Assembly (NCBI GenBank): GCA_963849385.1
Contig: CAWKHH010000007.1
Location: 549,000-612,999, forward strand
Length of the DNA stretch: 64,000 nt
Source: Ignavibacteriota bacterium
GTDB taxonomy: Bacteria; Bacteroidota; Ignavibacteria; UBA10030; UBA6906
Reading direction: 5' to 3'
Positions 19,363 to 31,900 of this stretch are shown here, one piece after another. The position numbers and the translations under genes are program-made. The notes below the pieces were generated by a model. That model saw nothing but the letters and a program-made list of their open reading frames with translations, did not search any database and was not told the origin of the DNA. Positions within the stretch are counted from its first letter, which is position 1, and every line of letters starts with the position of its first letter.

Positions 19363-20247
19363 ATGCCGGAGGAACTGTACGAGTTGGAAGCGGAGATGCC
19401 CTCCAACACTGTGGAGGAGTTTCTGCGGATGGACCGGATGCCGCATATCTGGTGCCCTGGATGCGGCATCGGCACAACGGTAAACTGCTTTGCGCATGCG
19501 CTGGAATCCAGCGGCCTGGATCTGACAAAGGTATCGATCGTCTCGGGGATCGGATGTACCGGTCGCGTGGCCGGATATCTGAACCTCGATTCCTTTCACA
19601 CGACGCACGGCCGGGCAATACCGTTTGCCACGGGGCTGAAGCTCGCGAACCCTTTGCTTAAGGTGGTGGTATACAGCGGTGATGGAGACTTGAGCGCAAT
19701 TGGCGGCAACCACTTCATCCATGCAGCCCGGCGCAATGTCGACATGACCGTCATCCTCATCAACAATAGCACGTACGGCATGACCGGGGGGCAGGTGGCG
19801 CCAACCACACCCATGAGTGCAGTGGCATCAACGACGCCGTACGGCAACTTTGAATCGGCATTCAACCTCCCCGCGCTCGCGGCTTCGTGCGGGGCGGTCT
19901 ATGTGGCGCGCTGGACCGCATTCCATGTCCGCCATACAACCAAGGCTATCAGAGAGGCCCTGGCAAAGAAGGGATTTTCGTTTGTCGAAATTCTGGCTCC
20001 GTGTCCGACGCTGTACAGCCGGCGCAACAAACTGGGGGACGGTTTGGCGCAAATGGTCTACTATCAACAGAACAGCGAGATCCGCAACGGCGCCGACACC
20101 AAAGATGTTGCGCTGGATTTCCAGGGGAAAATCATCGTGGGGAAATTTGTCGACCGCGAGCGCCAGACGTACAATGATGCGATGGTGGAGTACTATCTGC
20201 AGCATCTGGGCGACCGCTACGTGCCTCCAACGCTGACAGGAGCATGA
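19363..20247 (+). CDS. korB: 2-oxoacid:ferredoxin oxidoreductase beta subunit (TPP-binding)
   Basis: WCPGCGIG...GIGCTGRV...VVYSGDGD, a TPP-binding beta-subunit signature. Confidence 0.9.
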   Translation: MPEELYELEAEMPSNTVEEFLRMDRMPHIWCPGCGIGTTVNCFAHALESSGLDLTKVSIVSGIGCTGRVAGYLNLDSFHTTHGRAIPFATGLKLANPLLKVVVYSGDGDLSAIGGNHFIHAARRNVDMTVILINNSTYGMTGGQVAPTTPMSAVASTTPYGNFESAFNLPALAASCGAVYVARWTAFHVRHTTKAIREALAKKGFSFVEILAPCPTLYSRRNKLGDGLAQMVYYQQNSEIRNGADTKDVALDFQGKIIVGKFVDRERQTYNDAMVEYYLQHLGDRYVPPTLTGA

Positions 20248-20250
20248 CAC

Positions 20251-20817
20251 ATGGCAAGAACCGAAATAAAAATCGGTGGATTTGGCGGACAGGGCGTGAT
20301 CCTGAGCGGGTACATCATCGGCAGGGCGGCGGCAATCTATGATAACAAGTTCGCGACGATGATCCAGGCATTCGGACCTGAGGCGCGCGGTAGTGCGTGC
20401 AGCGCTCAGGTGATTGTCGATACCATCCCGATCGCCTACCCCTACATCACCTCACCCGAAGTGATGATCGTGATGTCACAGGAAGCGTACGCCAAATTCG
20501 TCCCGGAACTGAGTCACGCCGGTACGTTGATCACGGAAGAAGAACTTGTGACGGTCCGGAATCTCCGCAAGGACATCCGGCACCTCTCCGTCCCTGCGAC
20601 GCGATTCGCGGAAGAGCTGGGTACCCGGCTGGTGCTGAATATCGTGATGATGGGATTCTTTGCGGCAGTGACCGGGATCGCCGGAAAGGAGGCAATGCGC
20701 AAAGCTGTAAAGATGTCTGTCCCGAAAGGAACCGAGGATGTGAACCTGAAGGCCTTTGATCGGGGGTGGGAGTACGGTGAGCGACCCATAGACGTCCCGG
20801 TGAATGCCGCGCGTTGA
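20251..20817 (+). CDS. korC: 2-oxoacid:ferredoxin oxidoreductase gamma subunit
   Basis: IKIGGFGGQGVILSGYIIGRAA, the gamma-subunit GxGGQG motif. Confidence 0.85.
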   Translation: MARTEIKIGGFGGQGVILSGYIIGRAAAIYDNKFATMIQAFGPEARGSACSAQVIVDTIPIAYPYITSPEVMIVMSQEAYAKFVPELSHAGTLITEEELVTVRNLRKDIRHLSVPATRFAEELGTRLVLNIVMMGFFAAVTGIAGKEAMRKAVKMSVPKGTEDVNLKAFDRGWEYGERPIDVPVNAAR

Positions 20818-20873
20818 GGCGTGGCATTGCTTTTTGATCCTGTTGGGGGTATATTCGGACGCCTTGCGCACGA

Positions 20874-21620
20874 ATGCGAGATGCGATGCGGTGGAAATAT
20901 TCTTTCCCGGACCCATGGACTAACCCGGCGGCACGTGTTGCCCTGGAAGACGTGTATCTGATCCCTCCCGACGGGACGACAGGTCCTTCCTCATACTGGC
21001 TCACTCTTGAAGGATTGCACTCATTCACCGGTGGCACGCGCGAAGAGAAGTTGGAGCGGCTTGGCGGTGCTGACTACGTTATCAGCGATGCCATGGATAT
21101 GCTGGTGCGTCGCGGGGACTTCGACAAAGGGGAACTGCTGGAGTGGACGCTGGTCTTCATCCGACTGCAGCTTGGTGATCCCGATCCGGTTTTGGTGGAA
21201 GCATCGCAGGAAGAATGTGCGCAACGAATGTCGATGGCCTGCGAACCACACAGCGGGCAATCCCGCACCGGGAGGATGAAGCTGCTCTTCGTCCACGCCT
21301 GTGGAGGTCCGGTCCAGCCGGTTCCTGAAGAAGTGTTGAACGGTGATCCACGCGTTGATGTCCGCACCACGTTACTGGGCGATGATCCGCTCACTGCCGC
21401 GGAGGAAGAACTGACGTCGTGGGCAGACGTTATTGTGGTCATGGAGAAACGCATGCGGCATATTCTCCGACGCCGGCTCAAGCAGGCCGGGAAGTCTACC
21501 CGCGTTGTGTGCCTCCACCTTCCGGATCATCACAACCTGCAGGACCCGGCCTACCTCATGCTGTTTCGTGAACGGATAGAAGTGTACCTCGAAAAGCTTG
21601 CCCCCGAACGAACTCCCTAG
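20874..21620 (+). CDS. Hypothetical protein
   Basis: 248-aa ORF with coding-like composition between kor and a DMT transporter. No family recognised. Confidence 0.5.
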   Translation: MRDAMRWKYSFPDPWTNPAARVALEDVYLIPPDGTTGPSSYWLTLEGLHSFTGGTREEKLERLGGADYVISDAMDMLVRRGDFDKGELLEWTLVFIRLQLGDPDPVLVEASQEECAQRMSMACEPHSGQSRTGRMKLLFVHACGGPVQPVPEEVLNGDPRVDVRTTLLGDDPLTAAEEELTSWADVIVVMEKRMRHILRRRLKQAGKSTRVVCLHLPDHHNLQDPAYLMLFRERIEVYLEKLAPERTP

Positions 21621-21622
21621 CG

Positions 21623-22528
21623 TTGTCAATGAGTACTCTCCCTTTTTTTGGTGAGTTGTGCGGCTTGCTCACGGCTGTATTCTGGTCAGGCAGCTCGATT
21701 GTTTTTTCAGCGGCAACGGCGCGGGTGGGGTCCGTGCTTGTGAACATCTCGCGCTTGATCATGGCGCTCTGTTGTCTGGCGCCTGTACTGCTTTTTGTGG
21801 GGTTCGACACGGCGTTGACTCAGGCACAGGTTCTCTATCTCGGGACCAGCGGTGTGATCGGGCTGGCGGTCGGAGATTCGTTTCTGTTCCGGGCCTACCG
21901 GCACATTGGACCGCGTGTCGCGATGCTTGTTATGTCTATGTCTCCCGCCTTTGCCGCAGTGCTTGCCTTTGTTGTGCTGGACGAGAGGACGTCATGGTTG
22001 GGGATTCTCGGTATGGTTGTGACTCTGACCGGCATTGCGATAGTGGTAAACGAGCGGCGGCTCGGACCGGCACACGCCAAAGCAGGGTTGGCGTCAGGAG
22101 TCTTCTTTGCGTCTCTTGCGGCAGTCTCCCAGGGTGTCGGGTTGATCTTCGCAAAGCTGGCATTTCTGCAGGGGAGTATCAACGGATTTGTCGCGACTAC
22201 TGTGCGCATCGCAGCCGCACTCGTTGTGCTTCTTCCTGTAGTCATTCTCCTTGGTCGTGTCACCCATCCCGTCCGGACATTTCTTAACGACAGGAAAGCG
22301 CTGGGTTTGACGGCTCTTGGGTCAGTGCTTGGCCCGTTCCTCGGTATCTCGACAAGCCTGATGGCGGTTGCTTACACGGATGTTGGAGTCGCTGCTACAC
22401 TCATGGCGACAGTTCCCATCCTCATGCTTCCACTCGCGCGATTTCTCTTCAAGGAGCGCCTGACATGGGGGGCGGTCGGTGGGGCGTTTATTGCCGTGGC
22501 GGGGGTGGTAATGCTGTTTCTGCATTAG
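21623..22528 (+). CDS. EamA/DMT-superfamily transporter
   Basis: Ten TM helices and duplicated EamA-like halves. Confidence 0.85.
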   Translation: MSMSTLPFFGELCGLLTAVFWSGSSIVFSAATARVGSVLVNISRLIMALCCLAPVLLFVGFDTALTQAQVLYLGTSGVIGLAVGDSFLFRAYRHIGPRVAMLVMSMSPAFAAVLAFVVLDERTSWLGILGMVVTLTGIAIVVNERRLGPAHAKAGLASGVFFASLAAVSQGVGLIFAKLAFLQGSINGFVATTVRIAAALVVLLPVVILLGRVTHPVRTFLNDRKALGLTALGSVLGPFLGISTSLMAVAYTDVGVAATLMATVPILMLPLARFLFKERLTWGAVGGAFIAVAGVVMLFLH

Positions 22529-22699
22529 AAGTGCGCTACTGTGAGGAATGTGAGCCAGGTCACATTCTGTTACATGACAAACTCTATATTGATCTGATAA
22601 GATCCCGTTCCGGGAACAATCCCCAAATGCTGCCTGACCAGGCAACCATGTGCCGTGTTGCTGGCTTGGTCCGTGCAGATTCATGCCTTCTGCGCGTTT

Positions 22700-22728
22700 C
22701 TTGACAGATTGGTGAATTCTTTGTATCT
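22700..22728 (+). promoter_or_regulatory. Candidate sigma70-like promoter upstream of the giant adhesin gene
   Basis: TTGACA-17 nt-TATCTT about 220 nt upstream of the ATG at 22947. Confidence 0.3.
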
Positions 22729-22946
22729 TTTCACACGAAATCTGCAAAGATGCTTCATCCATTCGATGGCACCTTGGTCGCCAGATGAAAGGGGGTTCAG
22801 TACCCCCCGCCGGGGAATCTATGGCACACACCACAGACCGATGGTGCTCTCGGTTTTTCTGACCGCCTGTCCGTGGCTATTCCTATTCGATGCATGCTTG
22901 GTGCCTTTACAAGGTCTCGATCACCGGGAAATAGAGAGAGATTGAT

Positions 22947-25900
22947 ATGAGAAAGCTTTCGACAATTCTCTTTGCCAGTGTTTTGCTCACATGTGGCCTG
23001 GCCGAAGGGATATATGCGCAAGCGACCCGGTTGGTGCTTCGCACCGGCGCGGGAGACTCGACGGTGACATTGACCGCCTCCCAGTCACAGAATCTCCTTA
23101 TTACCGCCAGGACCGCAGGAGGTGTGATTGATACCACCTACGATGGTCCCAAAAACCTGACATTTTCCGGAGCCAATTCATCCATCAGCCCAGCAGTGGC
23201 ACCTACGGTGGAAGACAACGCTGGTGTGCCCCAGGCATTTGCCACCTCGACGACGATTCAGTTCACCAATGGTGTCGCATCTGTGACGGGTGGGAACAAT
23301 GGCGTCATGCGTCTGTACCGGGCCGAGACTGTTAATATTTCAGCCTCGGATGGATCAATCGGCACCGGTACCGGGACCGATCGATTGCTGGCCACCGTAA
23401 ACCCATCGACGCTGGGAAAATTTGCCTGGAGTCTGACCTCCCCGCAAAGGAATGGGACAAGTTTCACAGGGACAAACACGCTGACCGCGCAGGACGATTG
23501 GGGAAATACCGTTACTTCATACAATGCCAATTCTCCCTCATCGAACAACGTTACTATCACGACCTCGCTGAACGGTGCGATCACCGGCCTTGGGGCCTCC
23601 AACAACAACGTGTTGAATCAAGCGGGCGATTTTGTCTCCGGTGTGGCGAATTTGAGCACACAACTGATGATATACACCGGAGTCGGAGGATCGGGGACAT
23701 TCACGGCGACGGGCGGCGGTAAGACAGGAACTTCCTCATCGGTTCAGATCACCGCGGCAGCTGCCACGCATCTAGTGCTCAGAACCGCTATCGGAGATTC
23801 TGTCATCAATGTTCAGGCCGGCACTACTCAAAACCTGAAGATTACGGCGAAAGATGCGAACGGGAACACCGATCTTACGTACACCGGCACAAAAAGCCTG
23901 ACCTTTTCCGGGGCAAATTCCTCGCCAAGTCCTGTGACCGCCCCGACCGTTTCAAACGCCGGCGGCGGTGCTGTGAATTTCGGAACGGCCACTCTCATCT
24001 CGTTCTCGAACGGCGAGGCGACGGCCAGTGGTAGTAGCAACGGAGTCATGCTCTTGTACGGTGTCCAGACGACAGCTACCATCTCGGTGACCGACCAGTC
24101 CATCAGCTCGACCGGAAATAATGCCCTCACCGCGACAGTCTCGGCAGGGGCGCTCGGCAAGTTTACCTGGAGCTTGACTTCTCCCCAAACAAACGGAGTG
24201 GCTTTCACGGGAACCGGCACCCTGACGGCTCAGGATTTTTGGGGGAACACACACATCTCCTTCGACGCTTCAGTCACGCCTGTCACAATGACCAGTTCGT
24301 TGAGCGGGACAATTACCGGGCTGGGTTCAGGTGTTAACAACATCCTCAATAGGAACACAGACTTCTCCTCCGGTATCGCGACGCTAGCCGGAAAGATGAT
24401 CTACACCGGCGCATCCGGTTCCGGTACATTCACTGCAACGGGTGGGGGGAAAAGCGGCACATCGTCAAGCATCCAGATCAACGCCGGTGCGGCGACACGA
24501 CTGATTGTCCGGACGACGGCAGGGGACTCAGTCATATCGATTGGTGCAGGAGTCGCTCAGGGGCTCAAGATCACCGCGCGTGATGCAGCCGGCAACATCG
24601 CAACCGGGTATACCGGCTCAAAGACACTCTACTTTTTCGGGGCCAATGTATCCCCCGCTCCGGAGAGCACGAATCCCACCGTCGTTGACAATGCCGGGAC
24701 GCCGAGGGATTTCTCGGCATCGCCGAACACACCAATCACATTTTCGTCGGGTGTTGCCACGATCAGCGGGGGGAACAACGGCATGATGCGGCTCCAAAGG
24801 GTGGAGACCGCTTCAGTTGGTGCAAGCGATGGTTCCATAACCGCATCATCAGCGGATCAGTTGACCGCAACTGTAACACCTGCCGGCCTCAAGAGATTTT
24901 CTGTCGTGTTGACGAGCTCTCAGATCAACAGAACTCCGTTCACCGGCGTCAACACGGTTACAGCAATCGATAGTTTTGGCAACGTTGCCACGAATTTCAA
25001 CGCTTCGACGAACAACGTCACCGTGACTCCTGTGGGTTTGGCAGGAACAATCAGCGGTCTCGGTTCAGGAGGGAGCAACCTCCTCAATCAATCCGGTGAT
25101 TTCGCTCTTGGAATTGCGAACGTCACGGGAAAAATGAAGTTTACCGGCACCGTCGGAACGGGGACATTCACGGCGACATCGTTGACGGGGAGAACCGGGA
25201 CGTCTGGCAACGTGACGATCAACGTTGGAAGCACGTCACGATTTGCGATTTCGGGGAATCTCAATCAGCAGGCAGGCTCCGGCCAGAGCCTCACGATTAC
25301 GGCAATGGACAGCTCAGGGAACACCGCAACGGGTTACGCTGGCGACAAGACGGTGCGGTTCAGTGGATCCGGACCGTCGTCAAATCCTGTGACGTACCCG
25401 ACGGTGTCGGACAAGGATGGGTTTGCCATTCAGTTCGGGGCCCAGCTGAACATTACGTTCACCGCGGGTATTGCCCAGGTTTCAGGCGGCTCCAATGGCG
25501 TAATGCGGCTGTACCGTGCCGGCAAAGACACTGTAGCCGTTTCTACGACGGATGGTACCGTCAGTTCCGGGTCGGGCGATCGTCTGATCCTCACGGTTAC
25601 CGAAGACGCATTACAGAAGTTTGTGTTCACACTCGCTTCTCCGCAACAGAGCGGTATCGCCTTCACAGGCACCAATACTCTGGTAGCGCAGGACAGCTAC
25701 GGGAACACCGTGACCGGTTTTAGCGCGGCATCAGATAACGTGACTGTCAGCGCAAATTCTCCGCTTTCGGGTACGATATCCGGACTGGGTTCCGGATCCA
25801 ACAATCTCCTCAACCAGGCTTCTGATTTTTCTGTGGGGGTGGCAAACCTCACCGGGAAAATAGTGTTTACCGGCGCGACCGGCAGCGCTCCATTTACCGC

Positions 25901-28900
25901 TTTCTCATCCACAAGCAAGGTTGGAACATCCGGGACTGTGCAGATTGTTGCGGGCGGGGCTACACGCCTGGTGATCAACGGACTTGCCTCCATGTCTGCC
26001 GGCAGCGCGCAAAACCTCACGATAACAGCCAAGGATGCCTCCGGCAATACTGTCTCGACCTATACAGGGTCGAAGAGTCTGACATTCTCCGGCGCAGATT
26101 CCTCAATAAGCGGATCAGCACCGACCGTCAATAGTTCATCGGGTACTGCGATCGCGTTCGGCGTTGCGACCCCGATTACGTTCACCAACGGCATTGCCTC
26201 GGTGGCAGGCAGCAATAATGGCGTGCTCAGGTTGTACCGCGCCCAAACTGCGATTGTTTCAGCGACTGACCAGACAATCAGTTCGAGTGGTGCGGATCGT
26301 CTCACGGTGACGGTCGCCCCGTCTTCTCTGGGTCGCTTTGCCTGGAGCCTGACGTCGCCCCAGACGAACGGAGTACCGTTTGCGGGGGCAAACGCACTGA
26401 CCGCTCAGGACGATTGGGGAAACACCATCGCCTCATTCGATGCTTCCGCCGCTCCCGTCACGATTACCACATCGCTGGCTGGAGTGGTCAGCGGTCTCGG
26501 CTCGGGCACCAACAACGTGTTAAACCGGGCGGGTGATTTCGTGTCGGGAGTTGCGAACCTCACCACTCTCGGGATGAAGTACACCGGCGCCATCGGAACG
26601 GGTACCTTCACAGCGACAGGCGGAGGGAAGACGGGGATCTCCCCGAGCATCCTCGTTTCTGCCGGCTCTGCAAGCCGATTGGTCGTACGTGCTTCAACGG
26701 GCGATTCAGTTATCACGATGATAGCCGGCGCAGTGAAGAACCTCACGATTACAGCCAAGGATGCGTCAGGCAATACAGTGACCACCTATGCCGGTGCGAA
26801 GACTCTGACATTTTCCGGGGCTGATTCTTCACTGAATCCTGCGACATCGCCAACGGTAAGCAACAGCGGCGGAACCGCAACTGCTTTTGGTGCCGGCACG
26901 GTACTCACATTTACCAATGGCATCGCAACGGTTACCGGAAGCAGCAATGGCGTCATGAAATTGTACCGGGCCCAGGCTGCAATGGTCTCTGTGACAGATG
27001 GCACGCAGACGTCGAGCGGAACGGACCGGTTGTCTGTGACGGTAAGTCCGGCGGCACTCGGGAAATTCGCATGGGTACTCTCTACTCCTCAGGTCAACGC
27101 CGTCGCTTTCACCGGTGCGAACACGTTGACTGCACAGGATGATTGGGGGAACCCGCTCACAGCCTATGATGCGTCGGCAAGCAATGTCACGGTCACCACA
27201 TCGTTGACCGGCACGGTCAGTGGTCTTGGGACAAGCAGTAATAATATCCTGAACAAGGCGAATGATTTCGTTGCGGGGGTGGCAAATCTCACCTCTATCG
27301 GGATGAAATATACAGGGAACATCGGGTCAGGGACCTTTACAGCGACATCGGCGGGAAAGGCCGGGACGTCACTTTCTGTCACTATCACACCGGGAGGGGC
27401 CGGCAAGCTCGTGATTACCGGATCAGGAACGCAAACTGCCGGCACACCCCAGAGTCTGACAATCACCGCCAAGGACGCCTCAGACAACCTGGTACTGACG
27501 TATACAGGGATTAAGACGCTGACGTTTACAGGGGCCAATCCTTCCACGAGTCCTTTGACGCAACCCTCGGTGACGGACAACGCGGGAGTTGCTGTGTCGT
27601 TCGGCTCGGCGACATCTATTCTTTTCACTAACGGCGTGGCCACCGTTAGCGCGGGGTCGAATGGCGCGATGAAGCTGTACAAAGCAGAGACCGCAACGAT
27701 TGCAGTCTCCGATGGAGCAATCGGTTCCACCGGAGCGGACCGGCTGACTGTTGCCGTTGCCCCGGCGGCTCTTGGCAAATTCGCGTGGGTACTCACCAGT
27801 CCTCAAATCAATGGTGTACCGTGGACAGGCACGAATACGCTTACGGCGCAAGACGATTGGGGCAACTCTGTTCCGACATTTGATGCGGCGACGAACAACG
27901 TCACACTGACGACAAGCCTTTCGGCGTCTCCGTCCGCGATCAGCGGACTTGGGACTCTCGGGAACAACGTGCTGAATCAATCGCCGAATTTTGTTCTCGG
28001 CGTGGCGAACCTGACCGGCCTCGGAATGAAATACACGGGCCTGGCGGGAACGGGGACCTTTACGGCAACCTCTACTGTTGGATCAAAATCCGGAACTTCT
28101 GACTCCACCACGGTGAACAATTCCGTCCCGACGTTCACAAGTATTGTGCCTTCAGAAGGAAGCCGGTCACAAGTTGTCCCCGTGACCGTTGCCGGCACCA
28201 ACTTCCTTCCGGGGGTGACTGTTCTCAATTTTGGCCAGGACTTCACGATCGATTCACTTCGGGTCGAGTCGACCACGCGCATCACGGCGCGTGTCCGTCC
28301 CGGACCGGCTGCAACGCTCGGACTGCGTGATGTGACTGTGTCCAATCCTGCACCCGGAGGGGGCTCCGCAACGTTGACCGGAGCTTTCCGAGTGAAGAAC
28401 CTCCCAAGTATCACGAGTCTCTCTCCCTCTGCTGGTGTCCGGGGTCAGACTTTGAATATGACGATTACCGGCACCAATTTTGCGACTGGGGTGAGCGATG
28501 TCGGGATCCAGGGATCAAGCATTACGCTGAATTCCACGGCTGTCACAAGTCCGACGACAATTGTTGCGAACATATCCATCAGTCTCAGCGCTCTTGATGG
28601 AGTGCGACTCTTTCATGTGACCAACTCGGGTGTCGAAGGAGGAATGTCGAACCTTACGGGGTTCACCGTCGGAAGCAATCCTCTTCCCGTTGTGACAAGC
28701 ATTTCACCGGCGCTGGTGACTCGCGGGCAGTCATTGGAACTGACCATAAAAGGGTCGAACTATTTCAATGGCATCACCTCTGTGAATCTGGGTCCGGGAA
28801 TTGTGATCACAGGAACAACTATTGACAGCACGACCCAGCTACGGGTGACGGCGACGGTTGCTGAGACTGCAGCGACCGGCCCACATCATGTCATTTTGAC

Positions 28901-31900
28901 AAACGCTCCTCCCGGCGGTGGACCCGACACCTTGAAGAATGGATTGACGATCAACAATCCTGCACCGACGTTGACAGGATTGTCGGTCCAGAATGCAACA
29001 CGGCTTCAGACGTTATTTATCACTCTTACCGGAACGCGATTCATCAACAATGTGACTACCGTCGTTCTGGGGAGCGGCATCACATTCGTTGCAACCGTTG
29101 CGGAGAGTCCCACGCAGTTGCGGGTGGGATTCACCGTCGATTCAAGTGCCGCGCTCGGACCAAGAAACGTCAAAGTGACCAACCCGGCACCGGGAGGAGG
29201 CAGTGACTCACTTGTCGGAGCGCTGACGATCTCCAATCCGATTCCGTCGATCACCACTATTTCGCCTGAGAGCACGATGGTTGGCGGCGGCGCACTGCAA
29301 ATGACTGTTACAGGGACCAATTTTGTTCCCGGTGCGGTCGTTCGCCTCGGTGGACGGGCGCTGACGTCGATAGTGGTGGACCGGACACGGATGACTGCGA
29401 CAGTGGCAGTGTCCGATATTGACACCGCCCGATCGTCGGTTGTGGATGTTAACGCACCGACGCCGGGTGGTGGCACATCGAACACCAAGAACTTCATCGT
29501 GCAGAATCCTGTGCCGACACTGGCAAGCCTTGCCCCGGCTTCGGGGAGCAGATTGCAAACCCTTGATGTCACCTTTACCGGCACGAAGTTTATTCCCGGC
29601 TTCACCCAGGTGGACTTCGGCGGTACGGATATCACTACGAACAGCATTACCGTCACCAGTTCGACACTGCTGACGGCGAACATCACCATCAGTGCCACCG
29701 CGACGATGGGTGCACGTGATATTTTTGTCAAGAACCCAACCCCTGGCGGCGGGAATTCGGAAAAACGGGTGTTCACTGTAGCGAACAATCCCGTCCCGAC
29801 CATTGCAGCGGTGACCCCAGACGGATGGAGTCGCTTGCGGACTCTGGATGTCGTGATCGACGGGACGAATTTTATCGCCGGCGTTACGTCAGCGGATTTT
29901 GGCGCGGGGATCACCGTCAACGGTCCCATCGCTGTCAATAGTTCCACCCGCTTGACGGCAGGTATCACCATCAATGTCACGGCTCCCACGGGCCCACGGT
30001 CCATCGCCGTCACCAACGCGCCTCCAGGAGGGGGGACCGCGACGCGGCTGAACGGGTTCACGGTGTTCAACCCGTCGCCCAAGCTCAACTATCTGGATCC
30101 CCCCAATGGCCAGCAATTGAAGACGCTCAATGTGGTGTTTTATGGTAACGGGTTTATCGATGGGGTCAGCTCGGTGAGCATGGGCACAGGTATTACGATC
30201 AACGAACAGATTGTTCTCAGTGATACGGTGATCACGGCAAATATTACCATCACGATCGGGGCGACAACCGGCCCGCGCAATGTGCTTGTCAACAACAGCG
30301 GACCAGGCGGCGGGACGTCGGAACTGACCAACGGATTTGTTGTTGGTAACAATCCTGCTCCGACGCTCGCGAGCATAGCTCCGGCAAGTGCAAAGCGCCT
30401 GGAAACACTGAATATCGTGTTCCGGGGGAGCAGCTTCGTGAGCGGTGTAACCACTGTGGATCTCGGTCCCGACATAGGCGTGAACGATGTCAATATTGAC
30501 AGTTCAGGCAAGCTGACCGCCAACATATCCGTGACGGGTAAGGCGGCAACCGGAGCGCGGACGGTTTTTGTGACGAATGCGCCCCCCGGCGGCGGCAAAG
30601 ACAGTCTGGTGGCGGCCTTCACAGTCACAAATCCGGCGCCGACGTTGACGAGCATCAATCCTGCGTTCGCCAACAGGTCCCAGACGTTGAATGTGGTTCT
30701 CCGCGGCACGAATTTCATCCCGGCAACAGTACCCTCATTCGGATCCGGTGGCGATGTTACTGTGAATTCTATCACGGTGGACAGTACGCGTCAGCTTACG
30801 GTGAACGTCACCGTTGGTTCAGCGGCGACGCTTGGCCTGCGCAACGTCACCGTAGCCAATCCGGTGCCGGGCGGTGGAACATCGGCGTCGGTCTCGTTCT
30901 CGGTGAATCTTGCGCCTCCTCCGACGCCGGCGTTGTCGTCGCCGCAAAATGGTGCGACGAATCTCCCCACGACGCTCGTCTTAAAGTGGGATACGGCGGC
31001 AGGTGCCACACAGTACCATCTCCAATTATCGACGAGTTCGCTTTTCCTTACGACGGTCGTCGATGATTCGTCGTTGACCGGCCCCTCCCGTCAGGTGGGA
31101 CCGTTGTCGAACAACCAGACATACTACTGGCGTGTGCGGGCGCGCAATGGTGGCGGAACAAGTTCATTCTCCTCCACCTGGAGTTTCACGCCGTTGTACC
31201 CGGATGTGTATCCGTTATCCAATTCGGTGCAGTTCCCCTCCTATGCCACTGCGGCAGAGTACAAGGTGAAAGACTATCGCATTGTCGGTCTCCCGGGAGC
31301 CGGCACAAATCCGCTCGGCGAATATATGACGGGAACGGCAGGAACGGACTGGCAGGCCTATACGGACAACGGCGCAGGGGCGAACTATTTCACCAAGTAC
31401 GACGGCACGTCCGCGTTCACGTTCTCCGCAGGAAAGGCGTACTGGCTCATCAAGAAGAATCCCTGGACGGTGAGTACGTCGGTGAGCACCGCGCCCCTCG
31501 ATACGTCGGTATCGGTTCGCATTTCGTTGCAGAACGGCTGGAATCTGATCACCAACCCATTCCTTCACTCCGTACCGTGGTCGAGCATACAGTTGGCCAA
31601 TAGCCCTGCTGCCCGCTCGCCCATCTGGTTATATGACGGGGTGAACGGGTTTTCGCAGGCTACCACGCTCGAGCCGTATGTGGGATACTATTTTTTCAAT
31701 AGTGACAACGTTCCGTATATCCGGATTCCCTACGGGGCTTCCTCGGGAGTCTGGATGAAGGCGGATTCGTCGGTACAGGATGGCTGGACGGTGACGGTCG
31801 CTGCAAAGACGGGCGAGTATACGGACCGCAGCCTGATGTTCGGTGTTCGTGAAGATGCTTCTGAAGGGCTTGACCGTTATGACTACAGGAAGCCGCGTAC

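Noticed and set aside
20874-21620. Low-molecular-weight protein tyrosine phosphatase call for the C-terminal half (MKLLFVHACGG...)
   Set aside because: The CxGNxCRS P-loop is absent, so it is left as hypothetical.
29006-30088. 360-aa antisense ORF inside the giant adhesin gene
   Set aside because: It lies entirely antisense to a 3190-aa ORF with a signal peptide, repeats and a sorting domain. Long stop-free antisense frames are expected at about 60% GC. The same goes for the antisense ORFs at 27164-27796, 35109-36575, 38093-39148, 18646-19722, 43660-44607, 48708-49802 and 57800-58726.
23019-30900. CRISPR array, considered because of the regular tandem repeats
   Set aside because: Repeat units are 280-725 bp, diverged, and in frame within one protein-coding ORF, so they are coding domain repeats. 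No short direct repeats with spacers exist anywhere in the window.
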